A DNA stretch of 64,000 nucleotides, from positions 1-64,000 of IMG/VR virus record IMGVR_UViG_3300032233_002657. One strand, 5' to 3'. Of the stretch, positions 55,032 to 64,000 are shown piece by piece. The notes under the pieces are model-generated. The model saw nothing but the letters and a program-made list of their open reading frames with translations, did no database searches and had not been told where the DNA came from. Every line of letters begins with the position of its first letter. Position 1 is the first letter of the stretch. The position numbers and the translations under genes were made by a program. The DNA is from a virus. Its lineage: Duplodnaviria > Caudoviricetes.

Positions 55032-57511
55032 ACTTGGCTTGACCAGTCTTCCCATTTCTTTGGCTCTATCACCCAGGCAGGAACTTCATACTCACGGTGC
55101 ATACGGCAATCGAGTATAGCCTTAGCAGATATAAGCGCTTGGGTTATACGGCCTGGCTCTGCTATGGGCACTCCATAGGCTTTGCACATATTGAATAGCT
55201 CTCTACATGGAACCCATACCTTGTCTGGAAACAGAAGTCCAGACCCCCTAACCTCGTAGCTGTTAAAACCTCTTACTGCTATAAACACGCTACATAGCTC
55301 GACCACTGCATTCGCTATAGACTTGTTCTGGCTTTTATCAAGATCCGAGTCTATTAGCTCAGCTCCTTTTATTAACCCATCGGTTTTAATGCCTTCATGC
55401 TCACACCACTGCTTAAGCGCATTAATTGTCTTAGCTATAAGGTCAGTACCCAAAGCCTTGTGCCCAGACGTTATAAGCCAAGGCAGGAAGTTTAAAGCCA
55501 CCTTTGATAGAGAAGGCAGTAAGGTAACGCCGAAATTAAAGGTTGATTGAGATATGTACACCCATCTAGATATAGTGCGGCACCCTAAGAAGGGCAGGCG
55601 CTCCATTGGCATTATGCAGTTTCTAGGCCCTCCTACTCTTTCTAAGGTTATCTTCTTTGAAGCGTTTGCTTTTAGCGGAGCCACAATCACGGGTAGATGC
55701 ATATCAGCTTCGTACTCCATTGACGTGGTTATAACCGACTTAGCAAACTCCAGCCCGCCTAGCTTGTTAACATAGCACCCAAGTCCTTCTGCAATTACTT
55801 TAACGCTCTCAAAGCATTCTGGGTCTACGGCTATGCCTACGGTCTTTGCCTTTAAGCTATCAGCTATGGCGTTAGCCATGCAGCATATAATTGTAGCCCA
55901 CGCTAACCCAGACCCTTCGTCTTCAAATGCACCTTTTTCAAACATACTAAAAGGCTCGTCTTTAAGAGCTTCTGCTCCGTCATTCAGCCTTTTCTTCTTA
56001 GCCTTAATCACTTCACCTGTAAGGGATATGTCGTAGCTAGAGAACCTGTAGGCGCTCTTTGCTTCTATATCCATGGACGTTACTATCTCTCTGCTCGGTG
56101 GATGTAGTAGCATCGCTACTTTTGCCGCAGCCTTACCGTACTTAAAACTACACACTGGTATGCTTAGATCGTTCTTGATGCAGAACTGCTTAACCCAGTG
56201 GCTGTACTTGTTATCCAGCATAGAGGTCTTTTCTTTAAACGTAGCCTCCTCTCCTCCGCATCTAACTGACCCGTGATAGAAGTGTTTTTGGCCTTCTATG
56301 GATATCTTCTCTATTCGAAGAAGCGCGTCGCATACTATTTCTTCTCCGCAATATACTCCGTCTACTCTTTCTTCGTACTTCTTACCTCCGTACTCTATTA
56401 TCTTTACTCCGCATTTGAGTGGAGACGTCTCCACTACGGGCGATTCGCTTCTTTTGCTTGTTTCTATTACCTTGTTGATCCACTTCATGGGGCCCATCCA
56501 TGTAGCCTCCCAGTCACCAGGGCTCTCACCTTTCTGAATGGCCGAACTAGAAGCTAGTATGTGTTCTGACTTATCGCCTATGGCTGTAACTGTTTTGCCT
56601 TCTCCTCTAAGCAGCTTCCAGGCTACTGACGACCTACTATTATCCTCGGCTATAGTAACCACTGGAGGTATTGAGTTGTGCTTGCTGGCGTAGTCCAGAA
56701 CAAGCCTAATCGTCTCAAGCATACCGCCCGATATTATTATGTCTTTACTATCTGACTTTACCGCCTCCTCTAGAAACACTGTACCGCACTCATTGTCGTG
56801 CTTTCCCCAGAACTTATAAGCCACATGCCTTACAGACACCTGAAGCTCAGGCTGATTAGTAGGCCCTATGAATGTAAACGTTTTAATTCTTCCAGGCATG
56901 TCAAACGCGGGTATTACACATATGTGATTCCACCCTTCTCCTGGAAACGGTCTGTTGCAGCCGCTGTTAGGTCCACCAGCCCTCTCTGACAGTGTTAGGG
57001 CGTTGGCAGCTTCGTCTTTAGTTGAGAACCCTATTAGCTGGCTGCCTAGAGTACTCCAGTTAGTACCTACGTTAAAGTTTAGCCTTGCAGCTATCTGCAT
57101 ATGTTCTGTAAGTAAATCTCTACTGTTTTCCTTACACTTTTTCCAGAACTCCGTCAACTTCTTTCTTAGACCTACTGTCCTCATAATGTAGTCATTAAGC
57201 TTTCTTTCGTACCCTGATACCCCTTCATCTATAATCTTTTTGCGTACCATAAGGCTTATGGCTTTTTCTAGGCTTAATCCAAGATAGGCTGCGGTCAGCT
57301 CTATCATATCCCCAGCCTCTCCGCACGTTTTGCAGTAGAACCATTGCCCTGTTGCAGACACGTCCTCGCATATGGTAAGATTATCTAAGCAGAAGGCGCA
57401 CTGGCACTGGCACGGTAAAGCGTTGCCACTAGGCGTAATACCTGTTATAGAAAGCATATGCTTCCAGGTTACACCGCCATGAAAATTAATATTTATCGGA
57501 GTACTTGCCAT
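55028..57511 (-). CDS. large protein with N-terminal primase-type Zn finger
   Basis: CAFC...WFYCKTCGEAGDMIEL; start uncertain. Confidence 0.7.
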   Translation of the reverse strand: MASTPININFHGGVTWKHMLSITGITPSGNALPCQCQCAFCLDNLTICEDVSATGQWFYCKTCGEAGDMIELTAAYLGLSLEKAISLMVRKKIIDEGVSGYERKLNDYIMRTVGLRKKLTEFWKKCKENSRDLLTEHMQIAARLNFNVGTNWSTLGSQLIGFSTKDEAANALTLSERAGGPNSGCNRPFPGEGWNHICVIPAFDMPGRIKTFTFIGPTNQPELQVSVRHVAYKFWGKHDNECGTVFLEEAVKSDSKDIIISGGMLETIRLVLDYASKHNSIPPVVTIAEDNSRSSVAWKLLRGEGKTVTAIGDKSEHILASSSAIQKGESPGDWEATWMGPMKWINKVIETSKRSESPVVETSPLKCGVKIIEYGGKKYEERVDGVYCGEEIVCDALLRIEKISIEGQKHFYHGSVRCGGEEATFKEKTSMLDNKYSHWVKQFCIKNDLSIPVCSFKYGKAAAKVAMLLHPPSREIVTSMDIEAKSAYRFSSYDISLTGEVIKAKKKRLNDGAEALKDEPFSMFEKGAFEDEGSGLAWATIICCMANAIADSLKAKTVGIAVDPECFESVKVIAEGLGCYVNKLGGLEFAKSVITTSMEYEADMHLPVIVAPLKANASKKITLERVGGPRNCIMPMERLPFLGCRTISRWVYISQSTFNFGVTLLPSLSKVALNFLPWLITSGHKALGTDLIAKTINALKQWCEHEGIKTDGLIKGAELIDSDLDKSQNKSIANAVVELCSVFIAVRGFNSYEVRGSGLLFPDKVWVPCRELFNMCKAYGVPIAEPGRITQALISAKAILDCRMHREYEVPAWVIEPKKWEDWSSQV

Positions 57512-58625
57512 GATAATTGACCAATCTAACGATGGATCCGGCGTAGGATTACACAGCATGACCAAGCTTTACGCCGTTCCAGAGTTTGTAAAATCAGCCT
57601 CTGCTTCCTCTATTACTGGGCAGGGTGAAGACCTTCCACCTAATGTCTACGGCGATACTAGAAGCCTAAAGTTCCCATGCCATAGCTCACCCGCCACTTA
57701 CGTATCCATGGCTTACTTTTTAGACCAAGAGAAGAGTTTTGGCAAGATCGCTTCAGCCATTAAGGCAAGAATCCTACGATCAGCTGACTACTTTGGAATA
57801 AGAGGCAGCATCGACGAACTTATGGCTAAGCACGCTGCTGCTCAGTCCCACTCAGAAGAAGACCTTAACGACTCTGACTTCGCCATGGTAGTGAAGTTTG
57901 AGACCGGTAATAAGTCAAGAAGCTACCCATTGAGAAACGGGGACGAAGTTAAAGCTGCTGCAAGCTGGATTGAAAAGTTTGCAGGAGACCTCAACTTCCA
58001 TGACCGTAAAGTTATTGCTTCTAAGATATTAGATAAGGCTGCTGAATTTGGAGCAAACCTTTCTAACGCTGAGACTCTTAATAAGTACGCAGCCAATGGA
58101 CTAGTGTCCAGAGTCAAGGCTGCTAACATGTTGTTCGATAGGGCTAAGGCCCTGAAGACCCTTAACAAAGATTTAAACGTGCAAGAGCTTCTGGCTAAGA
58201 CCGCTCAGAAGGTACTGCAAGACAATAGCTCTGATGTGGATAAAGCTGCCTCTATAATCGACTCTGTAGATAAGACCTACAAACTTAAGTCACTAGGCAA
58301 CGCCTCTGACCTGTACTCTTTATCTGTTAAGCAAGCATCCGATATGCTTAGCGATAACGTTCAGCTAACCAACGGTTCTGTATACAAAAAAGCCGAGCTA
58401 GATAATATTAATCTAGATGAGATTAAGGGAGTCTTCGGAGAAGACTTCGCAGATAGGGTATCCAGCGGCGGCTTATTTGTTGACTCTGAGAAGCTAGCAG
58501 AAGAGCTGGCTACTTTCCCTAGGAATGACGCTAACTTGTTTGATAAGCTCGTAGGCAGTCTTGGTGTCAAGACAGCCTACAAGCAAGCTAGCGGCAACCC
58601 TATAAGAGTCGAAGACTTTATTTAG
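57510..58625 (+). CDS. hypothetical protein, possibly virion-associated
   Basis: 371-aa ORF; recurrent KxA(S) motifs. Confidence 0.7.
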   Translation: MIIDQSNDGSGVGLHSMTKLYAVPEFVKSASASSITGQGEDLPPNVYGDTRSLKFPCHSSPATYVSMAYFLDQEKSFGKIASAIKARILRSADYFGIRGSIDELMAKHAAAQSHSEEDLNDSDFAMVVKFETGNKSRSYPLRNGDEVKAAASWIEKFAGDLNFHDRKVIASKILDKAAEFGANLSNAETLNKYAANGLVSRVKAANMLFDRAKALKTLNKDLNVQELLAKTAQKVLQDNSSDVDKAASIIDSVDKTYKLKSLGNASDLYSLSVKQASDMLSDNVQLTNGSVYKKAELDNINLDEIKGVFGEDFADRVSSGGLFVDSEKLAEELATFPRNDANLFDKLVGSLGVKTAYKQASGNPIRVEDFI

Positions 58626-60559
58626 TAGGTACTAGACTCAGCCAACTGATTAAAGAACCTACCTATAAAACCGATACTGCTTATAACATCTTGAATCACA
58701 ATACTATTACCGGCTCCGTACATCTTGTCTCCCAGCGTTTGGGGATACGCGCCGGCAACGCCTATGGCATAGACCTCTACGCCAAACCTTGCCTTAACAT
58801 CCTTCCGGCACATGTTAACATGCTGGAAAGCTGACTCGTACCCGTAACCATTGGCATTAGGCTGACCGTCGCTAATCACGATCATAACTCTACGCTTGTA
58901 CTCTTCACGTGTCTGGGCTAGATGCTTTGACGCGTGCCAGATAGCAAACCCATCGGTATTGTTTGCATGGTGAGTTATTTTTAGTATGTTTAGCAGGTCT
59001 TGATTTCCGGGCTTTGTCTCGTCGTATATCTGGCGCAGATTAAGCTCGTTCTGCATCGTAACACCCGACGCTCTAGCCTCTGCAGACCCCTCCTGGGCAC
59101 TAAAGCCAGTGACTGAGAGATCCAGCCCATTAACTCCCTTGCATAGCTTTGCAAGTATGTAACCTACCTCAGCTGCGTCTTGAATCTTACTACCCCCCAT
59201 AGAGCCAGACTGGTCTATGAGTAGGTTAACCGCAATCTTATCGCTTCTATGCGCGCTATTTCGGTAGAAGACCTTATCACTATCCATAGCCACTTTATAG
59301 ATGCTCCCTAGATGCAGCTTACCGGATGGATTGCCGTAAACTTTTCTAGTGAGTTCTTTAGAGCTAAATGCAAAGCTCTCGGCTAAGCGCTCCGCAGAGT
59401 TATCCATTCTGCGAATCCGACCGATGTCCCAATGCTTCGACAGGAAGTCATCCGGCTTGCACCAGACTGGCTTCATAGTAATAGAGTTTGCATCGCTGCC
59501 CTGAAAAGGAACAGCAGGAGCAGACCCAGCTTCTCTAGTCTCCTTGCCGGAAGTACCTGATAGACTATCGATATCTTTTGCACTAATGCATTTTTTATTA
59601 TCAACAGGGGAAGAGCCGAACAAGTCTTTGTTTACGCCTAGGAACTTTAGGTCCCAAGACGACAGTTGAGGTTCGCCGCCTGTGTCTCCAAAGGCATGCT
59701 CTACCGTAGAGGTTCCTTCCTCATCCTCGCTTTCTTCTTCTTTAGAGTCATACAGATCCTTGATGCGTTTTACTACTTCTACGCAGAACTTCCACCTGTC
59801 CTTGGGAGTCCTTATAGACGCCAGCCCGTCTGCGATCATTTGCTTACCTTCGTTGTAACACGAAGGAATTTTTATCGGATCGTGAGAGTTGTAGAGGTTC
59901 CAAGCTAGGCCTTTGATAAAAGCCTTGCTAGACGTACCCTTACCCTCCATCCCATTCTTGCTACTTAGCATTCGCTTCATAGCTGTGGCAGCGTTGTTCG
60001 ACTGCATTCGGGCATATGTGTCGAAGTATGGCTTGAACCCAAGCCACTCAGACACAATACTACTTCGAGCAACAGCAAACTCAATCGCCGTCCATAGAGA
60101 TTTAACTTCTAGGTCTTGCTCCGCCAAAAACTTCCTATGTGTTGCTGCGTCTATCTGGCGCTTTAGCTGAGCCGCTAGCATAACCTGACCGCAGAGAGCA
60201 TCTGTGGCGTCACCTACCTCTTCTTTATTTTTTGCAGATACGATGTCGTCTGGAGACACAAAGATAGTGTCGGCAGTAGGCTTGTTAACGTCTGTGCCAG
60301 ATGAAAACTTAACCTTCAATAGGCGTTCGCCTTCTTCTCCGCTATTGAGAACCACATTCGCACTGCGCACAACGGCACGTAACGTGTCTTCACAGAGCTT
60401 CTTATTTATGTCCGACTTTGGACGTTCGATACTTCCCTTGTACAGGGAGTCATACGAGTCGTCAAATTCGTCAAAGTCGTACCAGCTGCTCCAATAGTTT
60501 TTCTTGGCTGTTTTACCGACTTTGTATATCGGGTTTTTGTACCAGTCACTGTAGCCCAT
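58622..60559 (-). CDS. VWA-domain protein (CobT/NorD-like partner)
   Basis: MIDAS LIDQSGSM, VISDGQP. Confidence 0.8.
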   Translation of the reverse strand: MGYSDWYKNPIYKVGKTAKKNYWSSWYDFDEFDDSYDSLYKGSIERPKSDINKKLCEDTLRAVVRSANVVLNSGEEGERLLKVKFSSGTDVNKPTADTIFVSPDDIVSAKNKEEVGDATDALCGQVMLAAQLKRQIDAATHRKFLAEQDLEVKSLWTAIEFAVARSSIVSEWLGFKPYFDTYARMQSNNAATAMKRMLSSKNGMEGKGTSSKAFIKGLAWNLYNSHDPIKIPSCYNEGKQMIADGLASIRTPKDRWKFCVEVVKRIKDLYDSKEEESEDEEGTSTVEHAFGDTGGEPQLSSWDLKFLGVNKDLFGSSPVDNKKCISAKDIDSLSGTSGKETREAGSAPAVPFQGSDANSITMKPVWCKPDDFLSKHWDIGRIRRMDNSAERLAESFAFSSKELTRKVYGNPSGKLHLGSIYKVAMDSDKVFYRNSAHRSDKIAVNLLIDQSGSMGGSKIQDAAEVGYILAKLCKGVNGLDLSVTGFSAQEGSAEARASGVTMQNELNLRQIYDETKPGNQDLLNILKITHHANNTDGFAIWHASKHLAQTREEYKRRVMIVISDGQPNANGYGYESAFQHVNMCRKDVKARFGVEVYAIGVAGAYPQTLGDKMYGAGNSIVIQDVISSIGFIGRFFNQLAESSTY

Positions 60560-60617
60560 AAAATCTCCTTTAAAATAAGACGGCCTAGTGAAAGGCCGTC
60601 TTTATTATAACACATTT

Positions 60618-61580
60618 TTAGAGGTTAATAAGGTCGCTGGCGGTCGCCATTTTACCGTCGGTACCGTCGAGACTACCAAACTTACCCTTCAACATCTCAA
60701 GCACCTGAGCGCGCTCGCTATCGGCACCGGTGCCACCTGAGAAGTGATTTACCATGGAGAAACGCAGCATACTAGCACCACCTTCAAGGAACTTCTCAGC
60801 CGCGTTTAAGAGCTCACGCGTCGATATAGTATTCTCGAAGATAGAGTCGATGCCCTTTGACTTGCGGCGAATCGTGTCAGCGATATCCACCAACTTGTTA
60901 GCCGACTCTGCATCAATACCGGTACGCACGATAAGTAGATTGACCTCTGCGTCCTTAGGAAGGTAGGTCAGCTCAACTACGTCGCCAAACCGAGCTCTCA
61001 ACGCACGATCGAGCTTAGTAGTGCCTGTATAGGCGGCACCCTGATTCATGGTTGCAAACCATACCGTACCGCCACCGTCCTGAAGAATAGGGCTAGGACG
61101 GCGATCTTGAATCAAGCACGAACGTGATGTGTCTAACAAAGGCAGCAGCACATTCAGCACTTCGGGCGCAGCCCGGTTTATCTCGTCTAAGAGAATTACG
61201 TGATTGCCTTCAGACACTACTCGGTCAAATGGAGTCTCTTCCCATGAGATAGAGCCCGCTTGAATATCTAAGCGGCCGAACCACTTCTCGGCTTCAGTGA
61301 TATTGCTGCAGTCCATCTTCAACAAAGACAGGCCCTTGCGAGCAGCGAACTGCTTTGCAAATTCCGTCTTCCCACATCCAGTCGGTCCGACGATCATAAC
61401 GTTCTGTGATTTTTTCTGACGAGCTCTATCGATAACGTCACAAAAGATAGACCCGTCCGGGGGCATGACGTAGGATGGGTCGATCTCGTATTGGGCGGCG
61501 CCTGTGCGCGAGTTGTACTTAACGGCCGCCATGCTCATGTCAACAACAGTAGTCTTGGTAGGCTTAGCTTCTTTAATCAT
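60618..61580 (-). CDS. MoxR/CbbQ-NirQ-type AAA+ ATPase
   Basis: GPTGCGKT, LLDEINRA, ATMN, LDRALRARF, ISTR. Confidence 0.85.
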   Translation of the reverse strand: MIKEAKPTKTTVVDMSMAAVKYNSRTGAAQYEIDPSYVMPPDGSIFCDVIDRARQKKSQNVMIVGPTGCGKTEFAKQFAARKGLSLLKMDCSNITEAEKWFGRLDIQAGSISWEETPFDRVVSEGNHVILLDEINRAAPEVLNVLLPLLDTSRSCLIQDRRPSPILQDGGGTVWFATMNQGAAYTGTTKLDRALRARFGDVVELTYLPKDAEVNLLIVRTGIDAESANKLVDIADTIRRKSKGIDSIFENTISTRELLNAAEKFLEGGASMLRFSMVNHFSGGTGADSERAQVLEMLKGKFGSLDGTDGKMATASDLINL

Positions 61581-61902
61581 TTTCGTATTCCTCTTGAAAT
61601 TCTCCGAACATTTCTACGTACTCTTGCTCCGCTACATCGATAGCGAAATGTTTCAAGGGCAGTAGATCTTTCAAATCTTCAGATTCTTTATCTATTTCTA
61701 AATCTAGAACACATAGCAATCTATAGTGTCTATCTGACTCTTTCTTTGATATGCAGTCAGTAGGTATTACCTTTATGATATCCCAGCTATAACTTTGTTT
61801 TAGTCTCAAAAGGCTTTTGTAAGCCAGCGTGGACAACCTCTTATCGTACTTTCTCCGAAGGGCATCTTTTTGCAGCTCTATTATCTTCTCGTTGTTTAGC
61901 AT
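61573..61902 (-). CDS. hypothetical protein
   Basis: AGGAGG RBS. Confidence 0.65.
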   Translation of the reverse strand: MLNNEKIIELQKDALRRKYDKRLSTLAYKSLLRLKQSYSWDIIKVIPTDCISKKESDRHYRLLCVLDLEIDKESEDLKDLLPLKHFAIDVAEQEYVEMFGEFQEEYEND

Positions 61903-61916
61903 AGCGCCCTCCTTTC

Positions 61917-62129
61917 TTACCTGAACCCGAAGTAAAATAGAGGTTCTTCTTGTTTATCACAGTGGCTCACTTCACCTGTAGTTTTATCCTTCAACACTGC
62001 AAAGCTTTTGGTCTCCGTTCTTATTTCAAACTTCTTCATCACTTCTTCTAGGGTCATTACGTCTCCGTACTTTGCCTCTAGATATTCCCTAGGGGCTTGG
62101 GGTGCGTTCATACTAGTCCCCCATTTCAT
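61917..62129 (-). CDS. hypothetical protein
   Basis: ORF track. Confidence 0.6.
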   Translation of the reverse strand: MKWGTSMNAPQAPREYLEAKYGDVMTLEEVMKKFEIRTETKSFAVLKDKTTGEVSHCDKQEEPLFYFGFR

Positions 62130-62997
62130 TGAGCCTATTTTTAAACTTATTGCCGCTCGGCGCTGGCTTAGGCTCTCCCATGGGCCTTACCCTTATCTCA
62201 GGGTCGTCCTTGTTTATGGCTTCACAAATTTGAACCGATACCCATTTATTGTGGGCGTACGAGTCATCGAACGATTTGATGACGTCCGTAGACATGTCTT
62301 CTCCGTCTTCGCTACATTTGAAGTAGTGAATGTTACTTACCTCTAGATCGCCATCGGCGTCCCTTACCCTCACGATCATTCTTACCTTATCCGCGAAGAC
62401 CCTACGAATCTCAATCGTAGCCTGCTTATCTTCTGATTGCTTATCAAGTAAAGCTTCAATTGCTTTCTCAAAGTCAGGCGTTTTACTACTATTGCGTTTT
62501 TGGATATGTTGAAACGCCTGTGTCAGTTTAAAACTTTCTTCCTCTACTGTTAGAATGCAGACGCAAGGCATCGCTCCGAACTCAGTTATCGCCTGCTTGA
62601 ACAGGGTTATGATTCCGCCTGTAGCCAGGCCGTTGATGATTCTGGCTTTTATTTCCCGAGGGGCGGATTTGAAGATGTATTTCTCTTCGTCGTCCATGGG
62701 AATAGCACGCGTTGTTACTATGATGCCGTCCTTTGTGGATAGCTCTCCCTCAAAACCGGTCAAGACGTCCGGGCGCTTTTTCTTCATATACGCCATTACC
62801 TCCTGCACTTCTATGTCATACCGACTTATCTCATCTTTAGCAGCTTCAAGAATTCCCTTTAGGGTGCTATCTAAATCTATGATTGCGTCCATCGCCTGGG
62901 CCGAATCAACCTTCATCCCAGACACTTTCTCCGACGCCGTTATGAGCTTTTGAGCGATTGACGCAATCGCCTCTTCCCGTTCCATCGATTCATCCAT
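62113..62997 (-). CDS. hypothetical protein
   Basis: AGGAG RBS. Confidence 0.7.
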   Translation of the reverse strand: MDESMEREEAIASIAQKLITASEKVSGMKVDSAQAMDAIIDLDSTLKGILEAAKDEISRYDIEVQEVMAYMKKKRPDVLTGFEGELSTKDGIIVTTRAIPMDDEEKYIFKSAPREIKARIINGLATGGIITLFKQAITEFGAMPCVCILTVEEESFKLTQAFQHIQKRNSSKTPDFEKAIEALLDKQSEDKQATIEIRRVFADKVRMIVRVRDADGDLEVSNIHYFKCSEDGEDMSTDVIKSFDDSYAHNKWVSVQICEAINKDDPEIRVRPMGEPKPAPSGNKFKNRLNEMGD

Positions 62998-62998
62998 A

Positions 62999-63595
62999 CT
63001 ATTTCTCCTTTTTAATAGGGCCCGCTAATATAAACAACAAATCTGAAGTGTAATCCCACATATCTTCTAGGTACTTAATGTACCCTTGACCGCTTATCCG
63101 CGGCCACTCGACTACGGATGAAACTATGTTCATCTCTCTGCCGGCAAAGTTAGGTCTTCGAGATCTTGATGATTCTCCAGAATTTAGCATGTCCGGTACA
63201 GGCGTTCTGTACTGTTCAGACACTAGAGAGAACACATCGTTACCAGTTTCGATTACAGGGTCCAGCAGCACTATGTAACGTATAGTGCTAGAGGTAGGCT
63301 CGTAAGAGCCGAACACGCTTACGCTTACTTGCGGTTGAGGGTATACTGTGATGCCCCCTAGGTTAACCTCGTTGGAGAACTCATCGCCGCACATGTTAAC
63401 TAAATCATAAGACAGCGCCTTATGAATAGAACACATTAGCGGGCTTATTTTATCCTTTGTCTCAGTAGCCCATCTCATCATTTTGGGAATGAGTGTGTCT
63501 TTAGCAAACCCCACTCTGACTTCCATCAGCGTGTTTTTTTCTGCCTCCTTACCCCTTCTGCTGATAGCCTCAGCAATAGCTTGACTGACACCCAT
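62999..63595 (-). CDS. hypothetical protein
   Basis: AGGAG RBS. Confidence 0.7.
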   Translation of the reverse strand: MGVSQAIAEAISRRGKEAEKNTLMEVRVGFAKDTLIPKMMRWATETKDKISPLMCSIHKALSYDLVNMCGDEFSNEVNLGGITVYPQPQVSVSVFGSYEPTSSTIRYIVLLDPVIETGNDVFSLVSEQYRTPVPDMLNSGESSRSRRPNFAGREMNIVSSVVEWPRISGQGYIKYLEDMWDYTSDLLFILAGPIKKEK

Positions 63596-63608
63596 AGCTC
63601 GCCTCTCC

Positions 63609-63935
63609 TTAAATTAAGATAAGTTCTGATACTTCTACCGCCGCTTTATTAATCCAAGCCGGCACACTTGTCTCATTTCCCGACTTATCCCATGCACCCG
63701 TAATCACTACGGGCCCGTGAACATTTTCCAAATCTATGCCTATAGCCTTACCTACCTCTTCAGCTAGGTAGTTTCTTTCTAGATTCCTAAATTTAGCCAT
63801 TTCTCCGAACCAAGCTACTACTTCCTTTGAAGATACTGTGTCCATGCAGCCGCCTACTGTTTCTTGAATTTGGTCAAACTTTACATTCACGTGCTGAACG
63901 GAGTTGTCCACAATCACAAGTGCTGTAATACGCAT
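63609..63935 (-). CDS. DUF3846-like protein
   Basis: IQETVGG, RNYLA, VHGPVVITG. Confidence 0.55.
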   Translation of the reverse strand: MRITALVIVDNSVQHVNVKFDQIQETVGGCMDTVSSKEVVAWFGEMAKFRNLERNYLAEEVGKAIGIDLENVHGPVVITGAWDKSGNETSVPAWINKAAVEVSELILI

Positions 63936-64000
63936 AGCTTCTCCTTAAACGGGTTAAAGCCCATAGATTGCTCCATGGGTTCTTGGGTTTACACAGATAA

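Noticed and set aside
1-64000. Genome-wide stop-codon reassignment
   Set aside because: Long genes are intact in the standard code, and TGA, TAG and TAA all end well-packed genes

Overview
This is a 64-kb segment of a large (jumbo-type) dsDNA tailed phage genome, almost entirely on the minus strand, in the standard code. A planctomycete-like host is a weak inference. It carries a replication/recombination block: RuvC-like resolvase, DEDDh exonuclease, RecA-like protein, UDG-fused family A polymerase, primase, DnaB-like and SF2 helicases, SbcC/SbcD. It also has a glycosylation cluster, a CsrA missed by the ORF track, a terminase large subunit and a MoxR/VWA pair. The standout is a ~10-kb accessory module (42.5-52.5 kb). 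There, a stand-alone Cas7/RAMP-like gene and a partner gene sit next to non-coding GC-rich arrays with a strict grammar on the minus strand: GGCA followed by n x (GGY-NN) pentamers. Of 27 measured unit lengths, 26 equal 5n+4. About 30 units lie in three blocks, two of them flanking a tRNA(CAU), plus a solo unit at 38.9 kb. This looks like a CRISPR-array-free RNA-guided system whose information sits in the variable NN dinucleotides. Between the arrays is a translationally coupled series of about 20 Trp/Ser-rich microproteins, 16 of which start MIR[K/R/N]. Also notable are a signal-peptide gene with an in-frame TGA plus SECIS-like hairpin, a 38-bp perfect inverted repeat flanking one gene, and an IS110/Nop-like protein. 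All family calls are by motif recognition only; no searches were run.
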